From Candidatus Methylomirabilia bacterium (lineage in GTDB: Bacteria > Methylomirabilota > Methylomirabilia > Rokubacteriales > CSP1-6), in assembly GCA_041496385.1 (NCBI GenBank), contig JBGQEL010000055.1, positions 1 through 26,444 on the forward strand: a stretch of 26,444 nucleotides of DNA. The letters run 5' to 3'. The notes under the pieces were generated by a model. That model worked only from the letters and a program-made list of their open reading frames with translations. It made no database searches and was not told the DNA's origin. Every line of letters begins with the position of its first letter. The first letter of the stretch is position 1. Position numbers and translations under genes: made by a program. Shown one piece after another: positions 24,176 to 26,444 of the stretch.

Positions 24176-25576
24176 CTACGGCCCGACCGCAGCGCGCGTG
24201 ACGCGCACCCGACGTCCTTCGTTCGATCGATCGGCGAGCTGCCCAGGGGCCAGCACGACGTCGTCGCCGGGACGGAGGCCCTCCAGGACCTCGACCCATC
24301 CGGCTGGGTCCACGATCCCGAGCCGCGCGGCCTTGAAGTGGACATGACCGGCGGCGTCCACGACGAGCGCTCCCGCGCCATCGGACCCCCGGACGACGGC
24401 GGCGAGCGGAAGCGCGATGGCGCCGTGGCGGGCAGGAGGTCGGATGGCGGCCTCGACCTGCTCCCCGAGGATCAGGCGCGGCGGGCGCTCCGCGAAGGCG
24501 ATGTCGATCGCCAGCTGCTCGGTGACCCGGTCCCCCTCGCGCTGTATCCGGGCCACACGGCTCCGAAACGGGCGTCCGGGGAGAGAGCGGAAGGTGATGT
24601 CGGCCCGATCCCCCACGACCAACCCGGCGGTGTCCCGTGCGTCCACATAGACGGTCGCCCATGCCGTCTCCGGGTCTGCGATCTTGAAGATCCCGATTCC
24701 CGGGTTCACGATGCTGCCAGCTTCGAGCTCGCGGCTCACCACGTAACCCTTCAGGGGACTCTCGATGCGCGTGTCCGCGAGCTTCTCCCTCGCCAGCACG
24801 AGGGCCGATTCGGCGGCATGGAGCTGCGCGCGGGCCGCCTCGATCAGATCCTTGCGGCTGCCCTGCAGCGCCAAGTCCAATGCGTGGCTGGCATCGCGTT
24901 CCTGCGCGGTCGCCACGTCGTAGGCCTGGCGTGCCCTGTCCAAGTCCTGCGCGGAGATCAACTCCTTGGCGGACAGGTCCCGGGCCCGCTGGAAATCGTG
25001 CTCCGTCAGGGTCCGCGTTGCGCTCGCGCTGGAAAGCCGGGCCCGAAGCTGCTCGATCTCCTCGGGGCGGGCACCGGCCAGGAGGTCGCGCAGCTGGGCG
25101 TCGGCCACTCGCACGGTCGCTTCGGCACGGTCCATGTCCGCCCGATACTGGGCGTCGTCGAGGCGAGCCATCAGTTGCCCTGCCTCGATCGCGTCTCCCT
25201 GATCCACGAGGACCGACACGACACGTCCCGTGATCTTGCTGCTGACGCTGACCACCTTCTTCGCCTCGACCGTTCCAACGCCCTGGATCGCGGGAGCGAT
25301 GTCGCGTGTTGTCACTCCCGCGACCGTGACGGCTGGCGGCCGGAAGACGTAGAGCCCGATCAGCCCGGCGACGAGAAGCAGCGCGCCGGCGCCGAGGACT
25401 CTCTTGAGCGTGAGAGGGAAGCGCCGATCGCGCGCCGGCGGCGCAGGAGTCCGGGACGGCACTGAGGTCCTAGCGCCGTAGGGAGCTGCGAGCGCGACAG
25501 CATCAGCGGTCGGCACTGTCCCGGTGATCGAGTCCGGGGCACCGTCCTGCGGGGCCGCCGACCGAGCGTTGATCAT
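24176..25576 (-). CDS. Efflux periplasmic adaptor (HlyD/MacA-family membrane fusion protein)
   Basis: N-terminal TM helix, lipoyl halves (VSSKITGRV..VDQGD; IESPLKGYV), a long coiled coil and VEVLEGLRPGD. Confidence 0.92.
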   Translation of the reverse strand: MINARSAAPQDGAPDSITGTVPTADAVALAAPYGARTSVPSRTPAPPARDRRFPLTLKRVLGAGALLLVAGLIGLYVFRPPAVTVAGVTTRDIAPAIQGVGTVEAKKVVSVSSKITGRVVSVLVDQGDAIEAGQLMARLDDAQYRADMDRAEATVRVADAQLRDLLAGARPEEIEQLRARLSSASATRTLTEHDFQRARDLSAKELISAQDLDRARQAYDVATAQERDASHALDLALQGSRKDLIEAARAQLHAAESALVLAREKLADTRIESPLKGYVVSRELEAGSIVNPGIGIFKIADPETAWATVYVDARDTAGLVVGDRADITFRSLPGRPFRSRVARIQREGDRVTEQLAIDIAFAERPPRLILGEQVEAAIRPPARHGAIALPLAAVVRGSDGAGALVVDAAGHVHFKAARLGIVDPAGWVEVLEGLRPGDDVVLAPGQLADRSNEGRRVRVTRAAVGP

Positions 25577-25581
25577 GTTCT

Positions 25582-26046
25582 CTACGGCAGGTACTTCAGG
25601 AGCTCCAGCGCAGCGTGCGCATTCGCCGCCGCCCGATGGTCATCTGCGTCCTTGCACGCCGCCTCGGCTTCATTCACTAACCTGCGGGCGTTGGCGAATG
25701 CGTTGGCGCGGCCCTTCGCTACGTTGCGCGGGGCCTCCACATCCTGCCCGCGCGGTGCCTGTACATCTTGGCCGCGGGGCGCCTGCACGTCCTGCCCGCG
25801 CGGAGCTTGCACATCCTGGCCGCGGGGCGCCTGCACGTCCTGCCCGCGCGGTGCCTGCACGTCCTGACCACGCGCGGCTGCCTGGGACTTCGGCGGCTGG
25901 ATCGCTTTCGCTGTCGTCACCGTCTTGGCTGTCAACAGCTCTCTCGCTTCTTTCACGTCCGGCGGGCAGGGTGGCGCCGCACTAGCGATCACAGGAATTG
26001 ACAGCGAAACAAGGGCGACCGTTATGAGGAAGGGTAGAGATCTCAT
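25582..26046 (-). CDS. Secreted protein with six 8-aa tandem repeats between two Cys-bearing helices
   Basis: SD GGAGG, ATG 26046, signal peptide MRSLPFLITVALVSLSIPVIASA, (RGQDVQAP)x5 plus RGQDVEAP. Confidence 0.85.
   Translation of the reverse strand: MRSLPFLITVALVSLSIPVIASAAPPCPPDVKEARELLTAKTVTTAKAIQPPKSQAAARGQDVQAPRGQDVQAPRGQDVQAPRGQDVQAPRGQDVQAPRGQDVEAPRNVAKGRANAFANARRLVNEAEAACKDADDHRAAANAHAALELLKYLP
25729..25872 (-). repeat. Coding tandem repeat, 6 x 24 bp
   Basis: Units such as CGCGGGCAGGACGTGCAGGCGCCC. Differences between units are almost all at third codon positions. Confidence 0.95.
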
Positions 26047-26290
26047 CTGGGGCCTCCGTTTTCGTCTAGAACTCCGGCGTCGTGGTGCGGTGATCGATAA
26101 GTGCATAACCCGAGCCGGTCTTCGCCGGCGCTCCTGACAGAGAATTCAGGACGTTAGGGAGCGGCGACCAGGAGGCTCGTTTGCGTTAGTGCGGCGGCTG
26201 TGCCCCACCTTCACGAGGACGCGCCCCATCTTGATGAGGAGAAGAGCCCCCAAGGGCACGCCTCGGGGACCCCTGTGACGGCACGAACAC

Positions 26291-26444
26291 TTATCCCTGG
26301 CGCAGCGGCACAGGGAACGGCATCACGTGGCCGAACGGGCTGATGTGGAGCGTCTTGCTCTCGCCCTTCGGGCCCTTGAGCTCGACGGTGTACATCGTCC
26401 GCGGCATCCCGGTGCTGGGCACCACTTTCTCGATCGTGTACCCC
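26291..26444 (-). CDS. 3' end of a gene truncated by the window edge (possibly PepSY-like)
   Basis: Open frame ...GYTIEKVVPSTGMPRTMYTVELKGPKGESKTLHISPFGHVMPFPVPLRQG* with GC-rich third positions; TAA at 26291-26293. Confidence 0.7.
   Translation of the reverse strand, partial: GYTIEKVVPSTGMPRTMYTVELKGPKGESKTLHISPFGHVMPFPVPLRQG

Noticed and set aside
374..25465. Many long overlapping ORFs in the track (e.g. 374-1717+, 2992-5091+, 9980-11887+, 14595-16934-, 16891-19173-, 19494-21005+)
   Set aside because: Arg/Ala/Pro-rich shadow frames of well-supported genes, expected in high-GC DNA; no recognisable motifs.
25729..25872. CRISPR array
   Set aside because: Head-to-tail 24-bp units with no spacers, in frame, with synonymous variation; no cas genes.

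Overview
High-GC bacterial window; gene content and style suggest Candidatus Rokubacteria/Methylomirabilota, which is inference only. From left to right: a palindromic repeat element, a thermonuclease, a small DRR-rich protein, an NYN nuclease and an AfuABC/FbpABC-class ABC importer. Next is a tightly coupled minus-strand operon (14002->7208) that looks like an undescribed RiPP system. It encodes an S26-type Ser/His peptidase, an HPr-kinase-like pseudokinase plus kinase pair, a PqqD/RRE, a radical SAM/SPASM enzyme, a 53-aa precursor missing from the ORF track (10392-10553; YxxPxL leader, Cys/Thr/Ser-rich core ending in Ser), a nucleotidyltransferase and a GT-C membrane glycosyltransferase. A convergent methyltransferase carries an N-terminal dead copy of the S26 domain. 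No lasso cyclase is present. The rest of the window holds a gamma-glutamyltransferase, a pentaheme cytochrome c, a DUF2877-like protein, an M1 aminopeptidase, and a lower-GC block with a secreted 8-aa-repeat protein and two coupled ABC exporters. Several genes appear to be leaderless.
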